Assembly: GCA_050575255.1 (NCBI GenBank)
Contig: JBNZDD010013634.1
Location: forward strand, 1,950,280-2,014,279
Origin: Harriotta raleighana
Taxonomy: Eukaryota
Length of the DNA: 64,000 bases
Reading direction: 5' to 3'
The notes below the pieces were generated by a model. It was not told where the DNA came from, did no database searches, and was given only the letters and a program-made list of their open reading frames with translations. Made by a program: the position numbers and the translations under genes. How positions within the stretch are numbered: the first letter of the stretch is position 1; the number at the start of each line of letters is the position of its first letter. Below, piece after piece: positions 29,338-41,450 of the stretch.

Positions 29338-29932
29338 TCTGACCAGCTTCTCTTGTCCTGTTAAAGCTGAACTGACTGCAGCTCACAGCCACAGTGCCTA
29401 GTGCTCTCTGGCTGATACCTGCGGGAAATCCCTTGCCTGCACACACTTACTTTGCAGCTCCGGATGAGTGAGTGAGTGAACGAGTGAGTGTGTGTGTGTG
29501 TGTGAGTGAGTGAGTTGCACAAGGCTGACTAAGGCTGAGCAGGTCGCTGTGGCAACCACTCGCAAACCCTCTAGGCTTTCCACCAAAGCAGCGCATACAT
29601 ACATACACACACACAGTACATGCCTTCCTTGCCTTCCCACAGTGAGAAGTTTTCACTAGCTGTCTGTCTCTCTCCCTCCCTAGCAAAGCAGATCTCAGCT
29701 CCAGAGAGTTTCAGATTGCACCCTTCCTTGTAAGATATGGTCTTAACTTTGTGATTGGGGGGGGGGAAGTGGGGGAATAGACAAAAACTTTGCCTGTCAA
29801 AACGGAATATTATTACTATTGCTAATACTAATATTCCTGACATTTCATATAGCGCTTGGTAAGGTTCCCAAAATGCCTCAAAGCGCTTCACAGGATATAC
29901 TGTACTGTAAAATGAACGGACTGTATATTTCC

Positions 29933-30165
29933 ATCACCCAGAGGATTCAATCCAGTATCCTGGTCCTCACATTCAAAGCTCTTCATGGCCTTCCCCCATC
30001 CTATGTCGTCTTCGACTGTCCCATCGGTCACCCCAAATCCCCTTCCCTTCCCTCCACCCTCTCCAATTCCGATCCCAGCTCGGATCTGAAACATTGACTG
30101 TCCAGTGCCTTGGGACGTCCCCCCGACGTGAAACTGGCTATACAAATGTAATTTTATTGTTTTGT
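29933..30165 (+). mobile_element. Deleted L2 3' fragment abutting a - strand SINE tail (29810-29930)
   Basis: RIQSSILVLTFKALHGLPPSY motif and L2-type tail at 30098-30162. Confidence 0.65.
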
Positions 30166-32409
30166 GGGAGAACAAAAATATATACAGTAGTATGTGTGTA
30201 GACAGAAACGCTAAGTGATATTCAATTAGCTGAAGGAGTATTTGTGTATGTTTGTGGGGGCAGGGTGGGGAGAGACAGAAATTAGCTTGATGACATGATA
30301 AGACATTATCAAATGCCGGGATTATCATCATTATTATTAAACTTTAAAAAATATTAATTTGGCAAAGCTGAAAGATCGTTCCTTGCCTCAGTTCATTATC
30401 TCGACTTTAAGGAGAAGTTAAGCTGAGTTGAAATTAGATGTTGCCCCCAAACCCCTATGGGCACTTTTTACCTAGAAAAACGACTTGGTTTATACCTAGA
30501 GGAAAATGCCGGAGACAAGCCTCGGCTGCCTTTTCCCATCTCCCTCAAGTCAAGGAGGTCTAATCTTAATTGTTGCCAAGAGTTATATTTGGGATGTTCA
30601 TTGCTTGTCTGGTCTCCAGGCCCCCAGTAGACGAAACACCATCTGTTGTGACCGGATGTTTCACAGTTTGTTCTGAACTCCATCAGTCTATTTCTTTTAT
30701 CAAAGCTGCCTATCCTGGAGAATGCCATATCTCCCAGTCCATAGCAAAGCAAACTCATGTGTTACATCACTTGGTCTGCCTGTCCCTTTCACCTCCCAGT
30801 ATTCTCTCCGCAGTATTGAAAGTTCTGCCGCTCTGCTATTGATCTCTACCGTACAACTAAGCAAATTATGTTTTCTTTTAAAAAGTCAGCATATTGTACA
30901 GTGTCAGTGTATTATCTATGTGTTACAATTACGGTAAGACCTTAATAATCCCCAGACCCTCTTCTATCATTGTAAGGACAAAGAAACGTTTCCCTGCTTA
31001 ATTGGAAAGTATTTGACTTTCGCCTACACATTAAATCAAGTCAGCCTTTAAGAGTGAGATTTTCTTTGTTTCTACTGAATGATAAACCATCCTGGTGCCA
31101 AACAGCAGTAACATGCCAGCAGTAGATGTGACCCGCTGAAGTGGAGTTGGATAGGCTTTTAGCTGATGTCAGCCAGACTAACAACAACTACAAAATTACA
31201 TTTGTATAGTGTCCCAAAGACCTGAAGAGCAGTGATTGTTCGGACTTTGACTGGTTAAAAGATGCACTTTATCTGTAACACTAAAAAACTGTAGTAGAAT
31301 AATAGTTCTGCATATTAGAATTTAGGGTGCAAGGACATACTGAATGATTTATTGTATCTCCATTTTACTTAAACAATCAGTTTGGTATAGTAAGGTACTG
31401 AGTAGAAGCAAGGCAACTCTTTACAGAAGACACTACTGTACAGTGTCTAAGTGTCATGTACCAATTACCCCACTGCACTTCCAGCTGCTGATAAAGAACA
31501 TTGAAGAGAACATAGCATCTAGCCAAGCAGGGCCATAGATAGTGATAACATGGATAGGAGTTGCCACAAAAATCATTTCCTGGGCCTCCCCCACATTTTG
31601 CTTTTTGGAATTTTCAGGAATTAACTGGAAAAGAAATACTGCATTTCCAGAAAGTTTGGAATGACTTTTCCCAGCTACAGATTTCTGTTGTTCTCTGTGC
31701 AGCAACAACACTGAAACTCTTGTTTGCTGCTCTTCTGTATGTGTCACAGTTAAAATCAACTCTGCCTGATCGCTCCAGCTACACAAGCCTTAGCTGGACA
31801 ATTAGCCTCGCCTTGAAAGATGTTTTGTCCCACTGCAAGTTGGCGATCGAGACCTACAATTATTTGTTCAATTGGACTATTCATTTGACTATTCATTTAC
31901 ATTTACAAGTGTGCTTTCTTTCCCAAACCAAGTGCAATTGAAATTCTTTCAGAAATTAGCTTAATGCTTTATAAATAGTCCCCTGAACAGTGGAAGCAAG
32001 TCCAAGGCGATTGCCCTTGATTTACTTTTCTTTATTAAATCTTTTCACAAGATTGTGTTATGTATGCCCTTTAGGAATTTTGTCGTCAGCATCCCCACCA
32101 CTGTCTTGAAGAAGAGGTTTTCCAGGAATGGAAGCTCTACTTTCACCACTCAGTAATGTCATTCACCGTATGTTCTCTGGTCATAAGGAGACTGCCCCCC
32201 ATCCCAACCAGGTGGTATTTGTGAGATGGTCATTGTTGTTGTATACAGACAATTATTCGGCATTGCTTACATCACAGCACAAACAATGATCCTGGCAAAC
32301 AGTGCTACACAGTGAGCTTTGATCACCAGTGAAAGGGAATTGAAATGAAATCTATCGCTGATGCCTTTGAAGTATATCCTTCTCACACTCCAGCACTGAA
32401 ACCTGAGGT

Positions 32410-32725
32410 AATAATAATCGTTGTATTTGATAAACTGTAGCACTTTTCGCGTGTTCCAGACAACTCAAAGAATATGCTGTAAAGTGAATTTCACTGTATA
32501 TCTGGGGGTGAAAGGCGCTCTATAAATGTAATTTTGTTGTTGTTGTAGAAACAGGGCAGTCAATTGTACACAGCAGTGTCTAACAAACAGTTGTGGATTG
32601 AGATTACCAATTATTTTTTTTAGGGATTATTATCAGGCATGTGGAGTAAGAAAACTTGCCTAAGGTTTCGCCCTGCCTGGAAATTGAACCCAGGTCTCTC
32701 TAACCACTGAGCTACAGGACTCCAC
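32410..32725 (-). mobile_element. tRNA-derived SINE, same family, with a nested opposite-strand L2 tail
   Basis: Head at 32690-32725, tail at 32410, and insert at about 32509-32546. Confidence 0.8.
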
Positions 32726-32879
32726 AATGTGAATAAGTGGGAAATGGGGAAAGGCAGGAGAATGGACTGAGTGGTGAGCTCTTTCAGAGCAACAAGCACA
32801 AACACAGTAGACTAAATGATCTCCTTTAGTGATGTAACTTTCTATGGATCTAAAGATTCTGGGTGTATATTGTTTCTCT

Positions 32880-33030
32880 TCCCTACAATGCTGAGGCTAA
32901 TTGTGGATCACCGATTACTCCCCAGTTAAGATCTGCTAACTCAGAACAGGCCAGGAATGGGAGCTAAGGTCTTCTGCCCTTGTGTGGCTCAGCTACTCGC
33001 TAGATAAACTTGTTGAGAAGCCAGGGAAAG
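32880..33030 (-). mobile_element. Ancient SINE-like repeat, unassigned (related copies about 23570-23720, 36830-36900, 39045-39150)
   Basis: Recurring tgaggccaattgtag...ccccag.tgagatcagctaactcagcacag...ggctcag pattern. Confidence 0.45.
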
Positions 33031-34719
33031 CTTCTCTTAACAGTTATTTTGCCAACTGTACAGAGTTCAAGTTTATTCAACTGGACAATAGTTAAATGCA
33101 AATGATTTAGTGCATTAAGTGAAACACAATGATATGCTGAGCAGGTCAGGAGTTGTGGGATGCTTGGCATCTAAGCAGTTGACAGATGGCCAAGAGCAGC
33201 ATTTAATCGTTTACAAACAAATGCAGATGTGACATTTTGAATCACTAGTGCGTTGAGCATTTTACAATGTTCGCATGCCAAGATCCATTGACTTTGGTAG
33301 GACTAGGTAGTGAGATCCTGCACATAACAACAACAAATTACATTTATAGTGCGCCTTTCACATTGGGGGTATGTCCCAAGGCGCTGAAACCTTTTACCTG
33401 ATTTTAGTTCAATGTTTTTAATCTTTTTGGGGGTCTGACACATGTGGAAACCCAACATCGTGCTTAGGAGTATCCAAATCAAGCTGAGGTTTCTATACAT
33501 CCTGGCTACACATGGAAATCCTAGAGATAGATTCTTGGAATGGAATGATCACTCTCTCCCTAGAGGGACGCATTTTGCTTATCTAATTCCAGAATTATTA
33601 AGCGCAGGTTGGCAGGAGCCAAGGCTTTGGGACCCCAGGGTGTATGTTGATTTGAGACTATTGTTAGGAATATTGAACAGAGCCGAGTGGAACTAAATAA
33701 TGGCCAGTGATTTGGTTTCAACTCACAACCAAAAAGAAGAGTGGATCTTTATTCTATCTATCTCGTCTGGAGCTGAGCCCATTTCCCAGGGATACCATAG
33801 TACATTAAACCTGCCATGTCGCCCTGCTAGATTAGAGTAGAATTAATCAAGTTGTATAACTGAGGTTGAAAGGGATTGCGGAGCACAGTAAGTGGAGTAT
33901 AATGGTATGTTTGTAGCTCTACCCCTACCTTACTCTTGGAAAATTAAGATTGCTTTCATTGCATGCCAGATCTCTCGGTTGAACAGAAGAATCTACACTT
34001 CTTGAGCTTAATAGTAACTTTATCTTAATAATACAGCTTAGCGTAACTGCTGGAAACTGGTTGGAAGCTTCTTCTGTCGGTTGGCTGGGAGCTACAGTGG
34101 CCCATTGTCTGAGGGCATCACAATTGAAACTTGTTGCAGAGATGATCTGCAATGGGAAATTCTCCATCGCTAGAGTGCACATGTTTGTGAATGTGAGTGT
34201 TTGATGGGTGAGGATCAACTATCATTTGCGAGCAATGACCTTCAAGGTCAAATACCCTGTACCTTACAAACATTGCTGTCCAGAATCTAGGGCGAACTGG
34301 AGGGAAAAGAAGCCCTGGAAATCCAGCTCAACACAAAGCCAGAACCTTTAGAATGGGAGAAAAATTAACCACAAGACATCTTTTTTTATAAAAATATATA
34401 TTTTACAACATTGTGGGGTTACTTTTCCTTTGGTACAAACTATCTTGCTGACATATGACTAATGCCTACACCTCCAGGTTTTTATTAAAACACATATCCG
34501 CTGTGTTTAAAGTACATCCAGCAATTCGTTTGAAGAAAGGAATAACGTCCGTCATGAATTATTCTGCACTTTGATGCTTTTTGATATCAAACCACATCCG
34601 TCAGACTCCAAGACCAGCTGCAAGTGTAGTTACTGCGTATTTGTAAAGGCTGCAAGATCTTCCCTGCTAGGAATCAATTTGTGACTCTCACAAATTAGGC
34701 CCCTTCTCCTTGAGAATCA

Positions 34720-34792
34720 TCTGTCCAGCGCCTTGGGACGTCCTCCTGACGTGAAACGCGCTCTATAAATGTAATTTTGTTGTTGTTGTTGA
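34720..34792 (+). mobile_element. Short L2-type 3' tail with (GTT)n; representative of more than ten copies (e.g. 3025-3095, 5295-5362, 24605-24665, 33325-33385, 45860-45910, 50330-50470)
   Basis: ctgtccagcgccttgggacgtcctcctgacgtgaaacgcgctctataaatgtaattttgttgttg. Confidence 0.7.
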
Positions 34793-37700
34793 GGATAAAG
34801 ACACATTGCTATGGAAAGTCCGAGCTAGAGAGTGATGGTTGCGGAATGGTGCATGTACCCACAAACCGAGTTGTAACAGTGAGTGCAATTTCACGGCCTC
34901 CCGCTTTGCACATAAGCTTGTTGCAAGTGGCTGTTTTGTTTCACTATGAGTTTATGATTGTTGGGTCACTCAGCTGTAAAATTGCCAATAATAGCAACTC
35001 AAGGTGGCATTTGTTTTAATCTTCCACATGGGCATCACAGGGCAGATAGGTGTGAGGTCAATTAAACCCCCATTAGCTCCCACAGAGGGAAAGCAACATC
35101 GCAACAGCAACTGCAGAAACAGCCTTGCTGTGGTCAGCAGTTTTACGATGCAATTAATATAACGTTTTAAACATACATAAACGTGTGCAATTCATTATTT
35201 CCACTCCCCATAAATTATAATTGCAAATAAAGGAGGTCGGAGGTTATTTTTAAAAGTTCTTATTAGAAACACAGTTTCAAGGAAAGGGATGAAAAACCTT
35301 TATTAATTCCCAACTAACATGTTTTATTCCCTGATGGAAGAGTAATAGGGAGCAGCTAGTTACTATAATAATCCATATGGCACAGACTGTAGCCAAACTC
35401 CAAGATGGTTTAAATTGTAAGCCTTACCCAATCCCAAAGTAGCCTATACTCTAGTCTACAATGTTGTTGCTACTTTACTCATTGTGATTTATTTGTTTGA
35501 AATTCCGTGGTCTCTGATCTCCCGATAATGAGTAAGGAAATAGCAAGCTGATAAAACAAATACCATTCTGTATATAGAAGATGTACTGCAGTGTCCTCAA
35601 AGGGAACTATGTGAAACAAGGATGATGTGGTTATGCTGAAATATGCATGTGGCTCATATCAGACAACCCTGTAAATGGAGATCCTGGAGATGACCCTCGG
35701 CCATTATTTAATGAGCCAGAGAAAGGACACAGACATTAGTATCGATGACCAATTGACCCAGGAAGTCAATTCACCCAGAGGCCCAAGTGCAATTAGCATG
35801 ACAATATCATTCATCAATGCAGTCAAGTCCAACTCTCTGGATGGGATAATTCCCCATCATACGCTGGTCGGACAATTCAGGATCCAGTGGCAAACAATGA
35901 TGATGACTGTACGACACCAGCACCAAGAGCAGTTGCTGCAACAGAAACGTTTGCAGAAGTTTCCTTTACTAAATGAAACCTAAGATTTAAATAAAAATTC
36001 ATACTAGCCCATTGGTGACTTGTCATTTTGTTTTTGTTTTACTAACCTAACAGGTGACATTATTGCCCCTTCAAGTGGCGTTCATAGAAGGACAGAGAGA
36101 CCGACAGAAACAAATCTAGTCCCAAAAAGTATCACTGACCTTTACTCCACCGAAGAGTTCATTTCATTTGTGCTGGTGGTGTGTTTGCTTTGTGAGGACA
36201 CAGACTAGATTCTCTATGCAGGCTGTCCTTGGAGCTGAAGCACAAAGTGCCATGAATCAATATCTCCCCCAAAATGAGGAGCTTGTTGAAAGCCACCAAA
36301 GACGTGACATTTGTAAGAACCTCACTGTTGTTGGCTTTAAAAGGCTTGTGTTTGTGGCGCTGATGTCTAGATTCAAGCCAAATTTGGCAATAACATTTTT
36401 GACCTCTTTCAAACACTCCACAGGTTAATTTTTTTTGGGGGGGAGTGGATGGGGGTGGGGAGTGTTTAGAATTAGTTCAAAATTAGTTGACATCGCACAG
36501 CGAACATTTGCTATTTAAAACAAAACAAAATGCAATTCCGCCGATTACCCAGCTGGTAAGGATTCTGCAAAGATTTGTGTTGGGGTAGCTGAACTGAGCT
36601 GGGGTAGCTGATCTGAACTGAGCTCGGGTGGAATTATTTTTCCCCATCGTATTTACTTATTCCAGCTGTTAGTCTAGGTCAGTTGACGTGTGACCTTATT
36701 ATTGGAAAAATGTTCATCTAACTGCTCTGTTGCTAATATGACAGTGTTGCTGCTTGTTGCTAAGTGACTTCACAATCGAGACACACAAATGCAATGCTGT
36801 CCCACTGGATCTGCGAGTTTATCCAGCAAGTAGCTGGGAAGGTCCCAGGTTTCAATCCTGATCATCATTGAATTAACTGATCTTAGTAAACTGGCAGAGG
36901 TTTTAATGTATCCATTTGTACAGGAGCGGAATTATACAACTGGTTTCCCCAATGCAAGATTATTCACCACTAACCCTTTTGTAGAAAGACAATTTGACAA
37001 CGGGCAGCCCAGCATTCAACGGCGTGAGAACAAAAGCCTGCATTGTTCCCACTGGTACCAACGTCTATATCTCAGCAGACGTGTTGATTGAATTCACAAG
37101 CCTGTGTCTGTTTTTTAAAATTAGTCAAGTCGGTCAATTTTTAATGCTCTCGCTGCTGCTGCCAAACTGGCAGAACCTCCGCCCGCAATTCCCAGGAGCA
37201 GTCGAAGCAAAGAAATGCATTTCCTCGTGAATCATCAGGATAATTTGACTGATGTCCAATGTTCTAAAAATGTAATATTCATGTAATGCTCCGAAAAAGC
37301 CAAAGGACCATTTTTAAAAATGGTTTAAAAATGAGTGGCTGTCTCCAACTCAATTGACACCTAATTGGAAAAATCTGTACACACCAACCAATTTGTTTCT
37401 CGTTCTAACAGATTGCCAAACTTTTGTTTAAAAAAAACAGAATCACAAAGTAATGATGCTTTTCAGCTGCATGTATATATAACACTGGGATCACTCCTGT
37501 TGTTAATAACCCACAGTAGATCACAGCATGAAGTTGAGGAGAAACTGGTAAGTTTTATCAAGACTATATTTCTGTCTTCCACTGATTCAGATATTGTTTT
37601 GTGCAACTGGGTTATTCCAAACTTGCTTGTGAGGAGTTCTTGTGAATTCTCCAAGAATCTTGCTCATCGAATTACAAAATAGTTAAAGCCACATCCATGT

Positions 37701-40700
37701 GAGGGAGGTGCATGGCTGATGTATCACTCACAAAATACACATCAAACCATTTTACAGTGTATCCTCTGAAGAGTTTTGAAATGAGATGATGTGATAAGGA
37801 GCTATATCAAATGTAAGGATTATTATTACTATTGCTGAGGAGGTTTTTCATTTACTCCAGAATTGACCATGGAATTGAAAGCTTCATATTAAAGCATTAA
37901 AGATGGATTGAACAAAGTAGAGTGAGCTTTTGCCTGCATCTAAGTTAGAGGTTAATGCTGGCCCTAAACTGCCTGAAATGGAAAGGTTCTCCTTTGAACA
38001 TTGCTCACCTATTTGCGTCCAAAATTCACCAGAAGAAAACATTTACAAAACAAACACCAGACCAATGCAATTCTTTGACATCTGTTATTTAAGAGCTTAA
38101 AATATTTCTTCCTGGGACCGTGTGGGGTTGGGGTTGACAGGACATGCCGCCTTCCTCAAAAACTCTTATAAATGGAACAATTTCAGACGATTGTTTCTCC
38201 ATATCAAGGGAGACGTCACAAGTATTTAGGTTCTTCATCCACTTGAGAAAAGCTCATTTAACACTTGTTTTTGGTCTGCCAGCTCTAATTTTCAGAGGCT
38301 GATAAGGCATCACTGAACCAGAAACTAATCTCACAATGTAAGAGCTGAATGATGAGAAATCTATAGTTCAGAGGATAGTGTGTGTCTCTTTAACACACAC
38401 CCAACAAGAGTAATGGATAGAGAAGCTCCAGTATTGTTTAATGTGTATTTCTCTTTTTAAGTAATTTGAGAAATATGTCACTCTCCAAACAGAACATTGG
38501 AGTAAATTCTTTGCTTTTTTTTATATCTGTAGATCACAACATGTTCCTCCATCAAAGAATAGCATTACTCAGCAAACTGGTTATAGATTTATCAGGATTC
38601 AACTGTCTTAAATTATATATTTTGATACAGCAACAACTGTCATTATCAATGTTCTTAAGTAATAATATTTGCTGTACAAATCCTTCCCCAGGCAGCCTAT
38701 TGAATCTAATTTGCACACAGGAGATAGATTTCCTCTTCACACACACAAGGCAAGCTGTTCTGGGATGCAACCTCCGTAGATTGGAGTACTGCACTTGGGA
38801 GTTCCGGATTTACTACTCTGCTCCTTACCTGAAGCCAGTGACTCTTCCAGGAGTCTGTTCCATGGGGTGCTCACAGCGATTCTCCATCCAAGTACTGTTT
38901 TCCATGTTGAATCTTGAAGTGCGGCAGCTTATTCAACTTTGGAGCATTCTAAACCCACTCCGACCCCTTTCCCAAAGCCACATACTCGATTTCAGTAGCA
39001 GTTAATGGGTAAGAATCAAAGAGGCTCCCTCCATTGAAGCCTACAGACACTCAGGCCAATTGTAGTATTCATTCATGCCTGGTTAAGACGAACTAAACTC
39101 AACACAGCCAGCAATCACAATGCTCTCCAATTTGCTCAGATCCACATAATACAACTAATCCCTCAGCTAATGGATCTCAGTATTGCAATGAAACACTGAA
39201 AAAACATATTCCACATAGATACACAAAGCTGTGAATAATAATAATAAGAATTATTGCATTGATGTAGCACCTTCCGTGTTGGGAGGCTATTTCAAGGTGT
39301 TTCAAAGGATCTTACTGTGAAGTGTAGTGACATGTTTTGTAGGCCAATGCAGCAGCAATGCACCATTAAGTGAACAAACAGCCATTAAGTGAATGACCAA
39401 TTTTATCTACCCTCCAACAGTGGCACTGGATCATAGCCGAGCTATTTACTCCAATGGGTTTAACGCCGTTTTTACGTTCAAATTAAGAACTCTTAAAAAA
39501 AAGCTTTATAGAGTCCAATAAAAAGTGTTAAATTGCAATGATTTATCCGAAAATGTCAATTTCTTTTCTTACCCCTAACTATAATCTGAAAGCTGCATTA
39601 ACAGTAGAGAGATTGCGCATAACTTGAACCAGAGATCCGTTTCCCTGATAACTGGATCAAAGAGATCAGCTCAATAAAACATTATGTTTGAGGAGAAATC
39701 TGCAAACTCATTGGTAGTGCTGGAAAAAATTACAATGTATACAATGGAGTTCACTGCCAACATTTCACATTAGGTTTCAATGACCTATAAATAAACTAAA
39801 TTTATATCTGGAGTTTCCAGATCAAAGGTGCTGCAGTAAAGTTACAAACTTGATACAAGTCAGATGTATCTTTCTTTCCTTTAGAAGTTCTTAAACTCCC
39901 CCGAAAACAGGACCTCCATAGCAGTATAGACCTCCTCCAGGGCAGGAATCCCATCGCAAAAGATCCAGACACATCACCTTGGTCCCAGACATGCACATTG
40001 CACTTTATCTCACTCAGTCTAATACAGTTCTATTTCACATTATGCCTTTCCCCTTTGCTCTCTAAACTTGGCATTGATAAACTATCTTTCAGGCCACACA
40101 GTCAAGCACTTTGAGATGCAATCCACATGAAGGGCACTACATGAAGTGCATTGTTTGTTATGACTGAGTAATTATAGGCAAGCACATCAGACAATTTGCA
40201 TGCAACCAGGTCCCACAAACTGCCATGAAGTGAATAATCCATATATCTGGGAGGATTGATTGTTGGTCAGGAGATGTGGTAATATTGAGCCAGTCTCTAA
40301 AACCGCTGGAAGGTTACACATGATGACATATGCAGCAAAAACATCATAATAACAACAATAACAAAATTACATTGACTCATAACTAACAGATGGAATGGTA
40401 ATGAGACAAATTTGGGACTTTTGGAGGTTTGGTAAAATTCCTAACATTCCCACTTTCTGACCCCCCCCCCCAGTTTGATGGATTAGAGCTCTCCTGAAGT
40501 TTACTGGAAACCAACTACAAAAGTTAATTTATCAAACAATCTCAAGCATGACAAGGGACTCACATGTTGAATTTATTGTTCCAGCATCTGTTTTTCTCTG
40601 GGGCTTGAATCCCATTTTTAACCTTGGAAGAACTCACCTCGCACAAGTCCCTTTGGTTGTGAAGGAGGAATGGTCTGAGCCACGTTTCAATACTCATTCA

Positions 40701-40739
40701 GTGTCTAACTCATTGACCTTTTCAACCTACCTGATTTGT

Positions 40740-41450
40740 CCTTAAAACTCTCTGAACCCAGGCGTAATTTAGGCATCAGGATCAATCCCCAGATGTTCTT
40801 CCTCCCCTATCAATCCAATCCCCGACTTGCACCTTTTCCTTCACCTCCACCACATTCCTTGACTTCGACAATACCTTACTACGCAAGCGGCCAAAACCTT
40901 TGTCTACACCCTTGTCACCTCTGGACCATTCGAATGGCCTCCATACCGTTCTCCCCTCCTCCACTGTTCACAAAATTTAACTCACCAAAACTCCACCACC
41001 TAAATTCTCACCCACACTAAACTCTGTACCCCAATTACCCCAGTCCTCGCCAAACTCCACTGGCACCCTGTNACAGAATGGATTGACTTCAATATCCTCA
41101 CACTAATGTTCAAAACCCTCCACGCCTTGGCACTCCCCATTTCTCCAACCTCTCTCCTCACAGCACAACCCATTGTATCTACTCTACTGGCTCCAGCCTC
41201 GTCCTTGTCCCTCAAATCCTCCATTCCACCATTGGCAGTTGTGCCTTCAGTCACTACTCACTGAAGCTATGGAACTCTCTCCCTTTTCCTTGACTCCACT
41301 TGTCCCCATTTTCAGGTTATGCCTGAAGATCTTCCTCTTTGACAGTGCCTATAATCACCTCCCCCTGGTTTGGCGATCAGCCATTGTTAAGCAGTAGGAT
41401 GCCACCCGGCGTGGAAGGCGCTGTATAAATACAAGCTGTTGTTGTTGTTG
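40740..41450 (+). mobile_element. L2-clade LINE 3' fragment
   Basis: Degenerate ITPVL.KLHW.P...IDF.IL.L.FKTLH.LA motif of L2 ORF2. Ends in gtggaaggcgctgtataaatacaag(ttg)n. Confidence 0.8.

Noticed and set aside
38466-39005. 179-aa + strand ORF and the many other 60-170 aa ORFs in 1-52 kb
   Set aside because: Non-ATG starts or repeat-derived sequence, with no domain motifs or coherent splice structure.
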